A program made the position numbers and the translations under genes. Under the pieces are notes generated by a model that saw only the letters and a program-made list of their open reading frames with translations, made no database searches and was not told the DNA's origin. From an uncultured Bacteroidales bacterium (GTDB lineage Bacteria > Bacteroidota > Bacteroidia > Bacteroidales > Bacteroidaceae): DNA of 64,000 nt. The stretch lies in NCBI GenBank assembly GCA_902802285.1, contig CADCLI010000001.1, positions 4,010 to 68,009 of the forward strand, written 5' to 3'. Below are positions 55,232-64,000 of this stretch, piece by piece. Position 1 is the stretch's first letter; the number at the start of each line of letters is the position of its first letter.

Positions 55232-55492
55232 AACTTTTTGGGGTATCGGTATCGGAAACCATGGCCGCCCGTGGGCTTGTGAACCGACGAACGAAGAGAG
55301 AGTAGAGAAAGCTCGCTTACTCTACCGAACGAGGAGGAGGTCTAGAACGAAGTTCTGAACGGGAGGGGCCCGTCACTAAGAAGATGCTCTGGAAGATGGG
55401 AGTTTACTCACGTCTTTCAGAGCGTCTTATTAGGGATGGGAGGGATAGCGCCGCAAGGCGCGTAGTTTCAGATACTGATACCCCAAAAAGTT
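55232..55492 (+). ncRNA. Candidate structured RNA or MITE-like element of unknown class
   Basis: A 22-bp closing helix joins aactttttggggtatcggtatc (55232-55253) and gatactgataccccaaaaagtt (55471-55492), with one G-U pair in the plus-strand reading. Internal hairpins lie at 55302-55325, 55344-55356 (GAA loop), 55386-55423 (13-bp stem) and 55448-55461 (GCAA tetraloop). There is no ORF. I recognised no motifs of RNase P, tmRNA, SRP or the common riboswitches. Confidence 0.4.
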
Positions 55493-55548
55493 ATCCTTAA
55501 TATCGTAGATTTTACAAAGAAAGAACCTTCCTTATTTTTACTTTTTTG

Positions 55549-55556
55549 TAATTTTG
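55549..55556 (+). promoter_or_regulatory. Candidate -7 promoter box (TAnnTTTG) for the methyltransferase-purD unit
   Basis: taattttg lies 26 nt upstream of ATG 55582. Confidence 0.3.
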
Positions 55557-55581
55557 CCGTTTGAAACATCATCAGTTGTAG

Positions 55582-57048
55582 ATGACAGAATTTGAAATGA
55601 TTGCCAAGACCTTCCAGGGGCTGGAAGAGATTCTTGCAAAAGAACTTATTGATCTGGGAGCCAATGGGGTGGCCATTGGTAACCGAATGGTGTCCTTTAA
55701 GGGAGACAAGGCCCTGATGTACAAGGCCAATTTCCATCTACGTACCGCAATCCGAATACTTAAACCTTTCCTGCACTTCAAGGCCGACAGCGCCGATGAC
55801 GTGTATGAGATATGCCGCAAGGTGGACTGGGAGAAGTACATGGACCTGAGTGACAGCTTTGCCGTTGACTCTGTTGTCTATAGCGAGGATTTCCGTCACT
55901 CCAAGTTTGTGGCGTACCGGGTAAAAGATGCCATAGCCGACTTTTTCCGTGACAAATACGGCAAACGACCAAACGTCAGCGTAGCCAATCCGGACCTTAC
56001 GTTCCATATCCATATATCACATGATGACTGCTCGCTCTCTCTTGACAGCAGCGGAGAGTCACTGCACAAGCGCGGTTACCGTCAGGAGGCCATGGAAGCC
56101 CCTCTGAACGAGGTACTGGCTGCAGGCATGATACTGATGTCGGGCTGGGACGGCAAGTGCGATTTTGTAGATCCTATGTGCGGATCGGGCACAATTCCCA
56201 TAGAGGCCGCACTTATTGCCAGGAACATGGCACCGGGTCTGTTCCGAAGCAGTTTCGCCTTTGAGAAATGGAAGGATTTTGACCGTGATCTGTTTGAGGA
56301 GATATACAATGATGACTCGCAGGAGCGTGATTTTGAATTCACCATCAGGGGTTATGACAAAGACCCCAAGGCCATACTGACCGCAAAGCGCAACGCCAAG
56401 GCTGCCGGTCTGCTGGATACCATCCGGTTTGAGCAGCGTGACTTCAAGGATTTTGAACCTGTAAAACAGCGTACCGTAATCATAACCAATCCTCCTTACG
56501 GAGAGCGTCTGGTAGAGGACAACCTGCTTGGACTTTACGAGATGATAGGCGAGCGGCTAAAACATGCCCTGATAGGCGGCGAGGCCTGGATTATCAGCTA
56601 TCACTACGAGTGTTTTGACAAGATAGGCCTCAAACCGTCGGCCAAGATACCCCTGTTTAACGGCGCCCTGCCCTGTGAATTGCGCAAGTACGAGATATTT
56701 GACGGACGCTATAATGATTTCCGCGGAGGTGACCGCCGTCTCAAGAAGGATGACCTGCCCACCCGCCGCAGCAGCACCCTGCGCCACAAGGCCCGTTTGG
56801 CCGAGAAGCAGGAGGCAAAGGAGGCTGATAAGCCGCTCCGTAAGACCGATGAGCGCAAGCCTTTCCGCAAGGCCGATGACCACAAGCCTTTCCGCAAGGC
56901 TGAAGGCGGAAAGCCTTTCCATAAATCAGATGGAAAGAAGCCGCTACGCAGGAATGAAAGTGGAGCCAAACCTTTCCGCAAGAGTGAAGGTGGAGCCAAA
57001 CCTTTCCGTAAAACTGATAAGAAACCGTTCAGAAACAATAGGAAATGA
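55582..57048 (+). CDS. THUMP-domain class I SAM-dependent RNA methyltransferase (RlmL/UPF0020-like) with a Lys/Arg-rich repeat tail
   Basis: An N-terminal THUMP-like region is followed by [13 protein letters not shown] (SAM motif I) and [10 protein letters not shown] (motif IV). The last 106 aa carry about 8 copies of KPFRK-type repeats. Confidence 0.8.
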   Translation: MTEFEMIAKTFQGLEEILAKELIDLGANGVAIGNRMVSFKGDKALMYKANFHLRTAIRILKPFLHFKADSADDVYEICRKVDWEKYMDLSDSFAVDSVVYSEDFRHSKFVAYRVKDAIADFFRDKYGKRPNVSVANPDLTFHIHISHDDCSLSLDSSGESLHKRGYRQEAMEAPLNEVLAAGMILMSGWDGKCDFVDPMCGSGTIPIEAALIARNMAPGLFRSSFAFEKWKDFDRDLFEEIYNDDSQERDFEFTIRGYDKDPKAILTAKRNAKAAGLLDTIRFEQRDFKDFEPVKQRTVIITNPPYGERLVEDNLLGLYEMIGERLKHALIGGEAWIISYHYECFDKIGLKPSAKIPLFNGALPCELRKYEIFDGRYNDFRGGDRRLKKDDLPTRRSSTLRHKARLAEKQEAKEADKPLRKTDERKPFRKADDHKPFRKAEGGKPFHKSDGKKPLRRNESGAKPFRKSEGGAKPFRKTDKKPFRNNRK

Positions 57049-58316
57049 AGATTCTGTTACTAGGAAGCGGAGGCCGTGAGCATGCTCTGGCCTGGAAGAT
57101 AGCGCAAAGCCCGCAGCTTGAAAAGCTTTTCATAGCTCCCGGCAATGCCGGCACCGCAAACGTAGGTGAGAACGTAGCCATACAGGCCAGTGACTTTGAC
57201 GCCATCAAGACATTTGTTCTTGAAAAGAAGATAGACATGGTAGTTGTAGGTCCCGAGGATCCTCTGGTAAACGGCATCTATGACTATTTCAAGAATGACG
57301 CGGCACTTAAAGCCATCCCCGTCATCGGCCCGTCCAAGGCCGCCGCACAGATGGAGGGCAGTAAGGATTTTGCCAAGCGTTTCATGCAGCGCCACAACAT
57401 ACCAACTGCAGCATATCAGACATTCACCGGTGAGAACCTGGAGGAGGGACTCAAATTTCTGGAGACACTCAAGGCTCCATACGTACTCAAGGCCGACGGC
57501 CTGTGCGCAGGCAAGGGTGTACTGATTCTGCCTACTCTGGACGAGGCGAAGAGGGAGCTGAAGGAGATGCTGGGTGGTATGTTCGGTAATGCATCGTCCC
57601 GTGTGGTGATTGAGGAGTTCATGAGCGGCATAGAGTGCTCGGTATTTGTCCTGACTGACGGCAAACACTACAAGATACTGCCCGAAGCTAAGGATTACAA
57701 GCGTATAGGCGAGCATGACACCGGTCTCAACACCGGCGGCATGGGTTCAGTGTCACCTGTTCCGTTTGCCACAAAGGAGTGGATGCAGAAGGTTGAGGAC
57801 CGGATAATCCGTCCCACAGTAGATGGCCTGGCACAGGACGGCCTGGACTACAAGGGATTCATATTCTTTGGTCTGATAAATGTGGACGGTAATCCTAGGG
57901 TAATTGAGTATAACGTGCGAATGGGCGACCCTGAGACCGAAACCGTCATGCTTCGCCTCAAGAGCGACATAATAGAGTTGTTCAAGGGTGTTGCACAGGG
58001 CAACCTGGACACCAAGACCCTGGAGCAGGACCCGCGGTCGGCCGTTTGCGTGATGCTTGTATCAGGCGGATATCCGCAGCACTATGACAAGGGATATGTG
58101 ATAAGCGGAATAGATAAAGTCCGGGAGAGCGTGGTGTTCCACGCAGGCACTGCTTTCGATGCCAACGGTAACGTGGTAACCGCAGGCGGACGCGTGATAG
58201 CCGTAAGCTCATACGGAAAGGATAAGGAGGAGGCTCTGGCGCTGTCATTCAAGGGTGCCAACCTTATTGAATTTGAAAAGAAATATTTCCGCAGAGACAT
58301 AGGTCAGGACCTGTAA
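57045..58316 (+). CDS. purD: Phosphoribosylamine--glycine ligase
   Basis: [19 protein letters not shown] and an ATP-grasp core. The start overlaps the upstream stop (ATGA). Confidence 0.95.
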   Translation: MKILLLGSGGREHALAWKIAQSPQLEKLFIAPGNAGTANVGENVAIQASDFDAIKTFVLEKKIDMVVVGPEDPLVNGIYDYFKNDAALKAIPVIGPSKAAAQMEGSKDFAKRFMQRHNIPTAAYQTFTGENLEEGLKFLETLKAPYVLKADGLCAGKGVLILPTLDEAKRELKEMLGGMFGNASSRVVIEEFMSGIECSVFVLTDGKHYKILPEAKDYKRIGEHDTGLNTGGMGSVSPVPFATKEWMQKVEDRIIRPTVDGLAQDGLDYKGFIFFGLINVDGNPRVIEYNVRMGDPETETVMLRLKSDIIELFKGVAQGNLDTKTLEQDPRSAVCVMLVSGGYPQHYDKGYVISGIDKVRESVVFHAGTAFDANGNVVTAGGRVIAVSSYGKDKEEALALSFKGANLIEFEKKYFRRDIGQDL

Positions 58317-58416
58317 GCCTCTGCGTCAATAACAAATAATAACTGACAATTGACGGCCTTTAACCATTAAAGAGGTATCTTTGAGGCTCTCAAAAGATTA
58401 TTAATTCATAGAAAAG

Positions 58417-61400
58417 ATGAATTACAAAAGACTGAACACCATTATCGGATGGCTGGTATTCGCTGTCGCTGCAGTCACATACTGCATGACAATTGAGCCT
58501 ACAGCCAGCTTCTGGGACTGCCCGGAGTTCATAACCACCGGCTACAAGCTGGAAGTGGGTCACCCCCCCGGGGCACCGATATTCATGCTGACAGCAAACC
58601 TTTTCTCACAGTTTACAAGTGACCCGGGCAAGGTAGCAATGATGGTTAACATCATGTCGGCCATGCTCAGCGCGTTATGCATACTGTTCCTGTTCTGGAG
58701 CATAACCATGCTTGTAAAGAAACTGGTGGCAGGAACCAAGGATCCTGATATGTGGCAGATGATTACCATTTTCGGTTCCGGAATAGTAGGCGCCCTGGCA
58801 TACACCTGGAGCGATACTTTCTGGTTCAGCGCCGTTGAGGGTGAGGTCTACGCATATTCTTCATTCTGCACCGCCGTTACATTCTGGCTTATACTCAAGT
58901 GGGAGGAGAATGCAGACCTGCCGCACAGTTCACGCTGGCTTGTACTCATTGCATACCTGATAGGTGTCTCTGTCGGTGTCCACCTGCTGAACCTGCTTTG
59001 TATCACAGCCATTGTTCTTGTCTATTATTTCAAGAAGTCCGAAAATCCCACTTGGAAAGGCGGCCTTCTGGCATTTGTCCTTTCGGGAGTCATAATAGCC
59101 GCTGTACTGTACGGAATAGTTCCCGGCATCGTGAAGGTGGGCGGATGGTTTGAACTTCTGTTCGTGAACGGACTGGGCATGCCATTCAATACAGGACTGA
59201 TAATCTATATCATCCTGTTGGCCTGTACCTTTCATTCCTGCTTACCGTAGCTTTTGCCGGAATTCCGTTTTACGGACACAAGGCATCAGGTATCATCCTG
59301 GGTCTTGTAATACTGGGTGCATGCGCATTCTATCTTTTCTCAAAAGGTGTACCTCAGAATGTCAAGCCCACTGCCAGTCTCCTGAACACCATAATGCTTT
59401 GCGTCATGATGATCACAATCGGCTATTCATCATATGCCGTTATTGTAATACGTTCCACGGCCAATCCTCCGATGGACCAGAACTCCCCCGAAGACATTTT
59501 CTCTCTCGGCGATTATCTGGCACGTGAACAGTACGGTTCCAGACCTCTGCTTTACGGACAGGCTTACAGTTCGGAATATAAGTACAACTACAATCCTGAA
59601 GGCAAATATTACGAGCCTGAATATGAGGTGACAGGTAAATCATACGGCCGTCTTGAAAAGAAATCAGCCGATGAGAAAGACCGTTACTATGTAATGGATG
59701 AGAAAAGAGAGTGGAAATATGCCCAGAACATGCTGTTCCCGCGCATGTACAGTTCAGAGCCCGATCACAAGCGCGAGTATATAAACTGGTGCGGCGGAAT
59801 CAAAGGACGTACATACACCTATAACCAGTTCGGACAGAATATAAAGGTAACTATCCCCACGCAGGCAGAGAACCTTAAGTTCTTTATCCGTTATCAGGTG
59901 AATTTCATGTACTGGAGATACTTCCTCTGGAATTTTGCCGGACGCCAGAATGACTCTCAGAACCAGTTTGGAGAACCGGAGAACGGTAACTGGATAACCG
60001 GATTCCGTTTCATTGACCGCAAACTTACCGGTGGAGACCCGGCCATGCTGCCGGAGGCATTCAAGGGAAAGGGACATAACGTATTCTACTGCCTGCCTCT
60101 GCTGCTGGGACTGATCGGTCTGCTATGGCAGGTAGGCAAGGGCAAGAAAGGGACACAACAGTTCTTTGTGGTACTTGCCCTGTTTATCATGACAGGACTG
60201 GCTATCGTGGTTTACCTGAATCAGACCCCGCGTCAGCCCCGTGAGCGTGATTACGCCTATGCCGGATCATTCTACGCTTTCGCCATATGGATAGGTATGG
60301 GCGTGGCTGCCATCTCCGAATGGATCAAATATTTGGCCGGAAAGAAGATAGCCCCGATAGTGGCATCACTGTTATGCCTGCTTGTTCCCATCCAGATGGT
60401 AAGCCAGACATGGGATGACCATGACCGTAGCGGACGTTATACCTGCAGGGATTTCGGTCAGAACTACCTTACCACACTTCAGGAAAAAGGCAATCCCATC
60501 ATATTCACCAACGGAGACAACGATACATTCCCCCTCTGGTACAATTTTGAAACCGAAGGATTCCGTACCGATGCACGCTGCTGCAACTTGAGTTATCTCA
60601 TGACCGACTGGTACATTGACCAGATGAAAAGGCCTGCATATGACTCACCGGCATTGCCGATATCATTTGAGAGAATTGATTACCAGACAGGAACCAATGA
60701 CGTCGTTCCTATCAGACCCGAAGCCAAGGAGACCCTGTTGAGCAGAAACTCCAGGGAGGTGGTAGAGAATTCTTTTGAACTCAAGAACGTGCTTGATTAC
60801 TGGATCAGACAGAATCACGTAATTCCTACCGATACCATATGGTTCAAGATTGACAAGGATGCCGTTATCCGTTCCGGTATGAAAATACCCGATCAGTTCC
60901 GCGGAGCTACAGATGAGGAGACCAAGGCAAAATTGCCGGATAAGATGGTTATCTCACTTAAGGGCAAGTCCCGTCTGTTCAAGAATGAGATAATGATGCT
61001 TGACCTCATTGCACATTGCAATTGGGAAAGGCCTCTTTACATGGCAACAACCGTTCCTTCCAGCAGTTATATGAACCTTGGGGATTATTTCCTGCTTGAA
61101 GGTCTGGCTTTCCGTATCACTCCATTCAATTGGACAGCTCTGAAAGAAAGCCCGGTGGATACCGAAAAGATGTACGCAAACATGATGAATTTCAAGTTTG
61201 GCGGTGCAGACAATCCCGACCTCTATCTTGATGAGACCGTCCGCCGTATGTGCATCTCACATCGCCGTCTGTTTTCTCAACTTGCATCAGAACTGTATGA
61301 GGAGGGGCAGAAAGAGAAGGCTCTTCAGATCCTCAACAAGGTTGAAGCCGGCATATCCGACAAACTGCTTCCTCAGAATGACCTGTTCTGTGTTGAGACA

Positions 61401-61670
61401 GCAAACCTTTATCTGGTTTTGGGAGAAGTGGAGAAAGGTGGAAGGATGTTGACATCAATCACAGAGAACCTGATGAGTCAGATGTACTGGTATCTCTCTA
61501 TGAACAACAGGAACCTCAGGCATTCCGAGGCAGATTTCACAGAGATAAGGAAACGGCTGAAGTCATTTGTATTCCCCTTGCTTTCATACTGTCTGGACGA
61601 ACAGTCGTTTGAATCAATCAATACGCAGTACAACGAAATCTGTGATGAATTTGACAGACGAATGAAATAA
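58417..61670 (+). pseudogene. DUF2723-family large membrane protein (putative glycosyltransferase), interrupted by a -1 frame change
   Basis: ORF 58417..59250 (frame 1) begins TIEPTASFWDCPEFITTGYKLEVGHPPGAPIF, typical of DUF2723. Frame 3 is open from 59154 and continues as GLYLSFLLTVAFAGIPFYG... to 61670. The combined length of about 1080 aa matches the intact family size as I remember it. The interruption could be a real pseudogene, a sequencing indel or recoding. Confidence 0.6.
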
Positions 61671-61672
61671 GG

Positions 61673-62281
61673 ATGTTACTGGAGCAGCCTACATCTATAC
61701 TGAGTAAGATATACCCCAAGGGCATATTCCGGAAAAATCCGGATGAACATGCGGTATATCTTACCTTTGATGACGGACCTATACCCGAAGTTACCCCATG
61801 GCTTCTGGACATACTGGACCAATACGGGGTTAAAGCCACTTTCTTTGTAGTGGGCGATAATGTCCGCAAGCATCCTGACGTATACAGGATGGTTGTGGAA
61901 AGGGGACATCAGATAGGAAACCACACTTTCAATCACGTACGTGGTATGCGTATGCGTAACCATGACTACATTGATAACGTGAAGAAATGTGACTCACTGA
62001 TATCAACCCGGCTTTTCCGCCCGCCTCATGGAGTATTGCGTCGCTGGACATACCGATACATGAAAGATGACTTTGACATCATATTCTACGATGTGATAAC
62101 CCGTGACTATAATGAAAAACTCAAGCCTGAAAAGGTTCTTGAGATTGTAAAGAAATACACGCGCAACGGATCGGTAATTGTGTTCCATGACTCTCTGCGC
62201 AGTCAGAAGAACCTGCGTTGGGTGTTGCCTAAAGCCATCGAATGGCTTAAGGAGCAAGGATATGAATTCAAGCAGCTTTAG
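61673..62281 (+). CDS. Polysaccharide deacetylase (CE4, NodB homology domain)
   Basis: VYLTFDDGP, ATFFVVGDN, IGNHTFNH and LFRPPHG motifs. Confidence 0.8.
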   Translation: MLLEQPTSILSKIYPKGIFRKNPDEHAVYLTFDDGPIPEVTPWLLDILDQYGVKATFFVVGDNVRKHPDVYRMVVERGHQIGNHTFNHVRGMRMRNHDYIDNVKKCDSLISTRLFRPPHGVLRRWTYRYMKDDFDIIFYDVITRDYNEKLKPEKVLEIVKKYTRNGSVIVFHDSLRSQKNLRWVLPKAIEWLKEQGYEFKQL

Positions 62282-62283
62282 TT

Positions 62284-63699
62284 TTATCTGCCCAACTCAC
62301 ACAGCACGGAACATATCTTATCCTGAACTTTTCTTGAGGGTGCCATCTTAACGGCACCCTCATTCATTATGCAGAATGCCAGGTCCCGGCCATCGGCGGT
62401 GTGGACATATCCTGCAAGAGTGCAGGATCCGGTCACCGAACCTGTCTTGGCATGAACCTTGTTAAGCGTAGACTTGTCATTGAGACGTGTCTTGAGAGTA
62501 CCGTCAACACCGGATATCGGAAGGCTCTTATACAATATCGGGAAAAGGTCCGTGTCCCTGTAGATAAGAGTGAGCATATCGACAATGAACATGGGCGAAC
62601 ACATGTCATACATGGAGAGTCCGCATCCGTCCACGATATTGAATGAAGCCGTATACAAACCGAACTTACGGGATACGAAATCCTGAAGGAACTTGGCGGC
62701 GTCCTTGAACTTAATCTCCTTGGGGTATTTGATGCGGCCCATCTGCAGGAACATTGCTTCGGCAAACAGATTGTTGCTCTCCTTGAGCGCCTCCTTGATT
62801 ATAGCGGGCAAAGCATGTGATACCTCCGATATGTCACTCGCAATGACAGGACATGCACCGAAGCCGTATTTACCGTAGTTTATCCCTGCTTCATCCAGAT
62901 ACTGACGGAACAGGGCGAATGTAAAGTCGGCCGATCCCACAACACTCAAGTCTGTCGACTGACGGCGTTTGCAATTACCCTCCACAATGATTGTATTGTC
63001 ACCATGCATCCAGTCTCGGGTTATGGTAAGAGGTCCCAGGGAGTTATCCTGAGTCCTGGCTCTGTTCACTACCTTAATGAAACCGTTGGACGGATAGATA
63101 TTCACCTGGGGTGCTTCACCCTTCGAAGTCGGTTTCACCTCCACGCCTACAAAACCCTGATGTACCATCAACGGTGAGATATATGGCTGGAAACTGGCGG
63201 GTGCGTCATCCCAGCACCACCCTGAGGCCCAATAGGTAGAATCCATTATGGAAACATCTGCATAGAGCGTACCGTTAATACGCTTAACCCCCGCTTTCTG
63301 AAGATCATCTACCATTTTGCGGAGTTCCTGCTCTGTAAGTGCCGGATCAAGGCCACCTACCAGATACAGATCTCCGTCCAGGACTCCGTTATCGCCGATT
63401 GCGCCTTGAGTCCTGAGCGTTGTCCTGAATTTGTAGTCAGGCCCCAACGATGACAATGCGCTTACTGCAGTGATTACCTTCTGCACAGAAGCGGGGCGGC
63501 ACATGATCTTTTCCCTGTAAGCGTAAAGCGTAGTATCATTTGTAAGGTCATATACCATAAGGGCTATGTCTGTCCCCTCCGGTAACTCCTCATAAATGAT
63601 CCTGTCTATAGACTCGGTTACCGAATCAAGGTCAGTGCTTGCTATAGGCAATGATACGACAAGCAGCAATGAAAGGCAAAGTGTTCTGAATATGTTCAT
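62284..63699 (-). CDS. dacB: D-alanyl-D-alanine carboxypeptidase/endopeptidase (PBP4, S13 family)
   Basis: Signal peptide, then SxxK as PASVQKV, SxN as ESNNLFAE, and KTG as HAKTGSVTG. Confidence 0.85.
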   Translation of the reverse strand: MNIFRTLCLSLLLVVSLPIASTDLDSVTESIDRIIYEELPEGTDIALMVYDLTNDTTLYAYREKIMCRPASVQKVITAVSALSSLGPDYKFRTTLRTQGAIGDNGVLDGDLYLVGGLDPALTEQELRKMVDDLQKAGVKRINGTLYADVSIMDSTYWASGWCWDDAPASFQPYISPLMVHQGFVGVEVKPTSKGEAPQVNIYPSNGFIKVVNRARTQDNSLGPLTITRDWMHGDNTIIVEGNCKRRQSTDLSVVGSADFTFALFRQYLDEAGINYGKYGFGACPVIASDISEVSHALPAIIKEALKESNNLFAEAMFLQMGRIKYPKEIKFKDAAKFLQDFVSRKFGLYTASFNIVDGCGLSMYDMCSPMFIVDMLTLIYRDTDLFPILYKSLPISGVDGTLKTRLNDKSTLNKVHAKTGSVTGSCTLAGYVHTADGRDLAFCIMNEGAVKMAPSRKVQDKICSVLCELGR

Positions 63700-63700
63700 A

Positions 63701-64000
63701 TCAATAAGATACTGAAGTATTGAAACCTCTCTCCCTCAGAAGGGCGGCAATACGGTCAAGCTCCTGATGGCTGGCCTTGCACAGAGTTGGGACCGGTGTC
63801 TCACGATCTATTGTATATATCATTACCTGACTAGGTTTTATCTTTACAAGAGTTTCTATCCATGGCATCACATACTCATCGGTAGTATTGTCCATATTAC
63901 GTCCGTCAAGGGTTCCGGTCAGGAACATGGTCTGTATAATGACATGACCCTGAAACTCACACAAAGCCTTTATGACCGCATCCAGGTCATAATGACCTAC
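63701..64000 (-). CDS. C-terminal part of a radical-SAM-family protein (gene continues beyond the window)
   Basis: The frame stays open to position 64000 (VGHYDLDAVIKALCEFQGHVIIQTMFL...IYTIDRETP...). This resembles the C-terminus of a Bacteroidetes radical SAM family from memory. The Cys cluster lies outside the window. Confidence 0.45.
   Translation of the reverse strand, partial: VGHYDLDAVIKALCEFQGHVIIQTMFLTGTLDGRNMDNTTDEYVMPWIETLVKIKPSQVMIYTIDRETPVPTLCKASHQELDRIAALLRERGFNTSVSY

Noticed and set aside
55232-55492. Retron msr/msd, RNase P RNA, tmRNA, SRP RNA or 6S RNA identity for the structured element.
   Set aside because: No adjacent reverse transcriptase gene is present. I could not find conserved blocks such as the RNase P GGAAAGUCCGG-type motif, a tmRNA tag ORF with CCA end, or the SRP GGAA/AGCA domain IV motif. 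The length and branching do not fit 6S. It is kept only as an unknown structured element.

Overview
The window looks like a Bacteroidales-type chromosomal segment. This is an inference from gene families such as DUF2723, DUF3098, BlaR1/M56, LicD and GH31, from TAnnTTTG-like -7 boxes, and from roughly 50% GC by eye. Most of it is dense housekeeping: rnr, miaB, ftsX-uppP-truB-queA-folK, metK, purD, dacB, a succinate/acetyl-CoA transferase, DPP III and two GH31 hydrolases. Several accessory or unusual regions interrupt it. (1) An approximately 18.6 kb surface-glycan locus at 21035-39631 is built around a PEP-mutase phosphonate pathway. It carries an unusual set of fusions and partners: a LicC-like + TagD-like + PEP mutase tri-domain protein, phosphonopyruvate decarboxylase, an Fe-ADH, a LicC-aminotransferase fusion, an opine-dehydrogenase-like enzyme, a TagF-like transferase and two LicD genes. 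Wzx, an O-acyltransferase, Glf, GT2/GT4 genes and a heptose kinase follow. Its central 8.5 kb is markedly AT-rich. The other three genes of the GDP-heptose pathway lie 35 kb away at 1286-3041. (2) A Pif1-family helicase (with HRDC) and an HUH/Y1 (IS200/RAYT-like) gene are tightly bracketed by two near-identical 140-bp inverted copies of a nested-hairpin repeat (8846-8985 and 12418-12557). (3) A blaI-like repressor is coupled to a 1519-aa BlaR1/M56 sensor whose ectodomain consists of BspA-type leucine-rich repeats. (4) A roughly 261-nt highly structured intergenic element closed by a 22-bp helix lies at 55232-55492. (5) A dispersed repeat of about 100 nt with (GAGAATT)n tails occurs twice; one copy supplies the C-terminus and stop codon of truB. 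A related heptamer tract sits inside the phosphonopyruvate decarboxylase gene. (6) metK has a leader with a terminator/antiterminator arrangement, which makes it a riboswitch candidate. (7) A DUF2723 gene is frameshifted. No rRNA, tRNA, CRISPR array or classical IS/integrase was seen. All functional calls rest on motifs read from the supplied translations and on remembered family signatures; no database search was possible.
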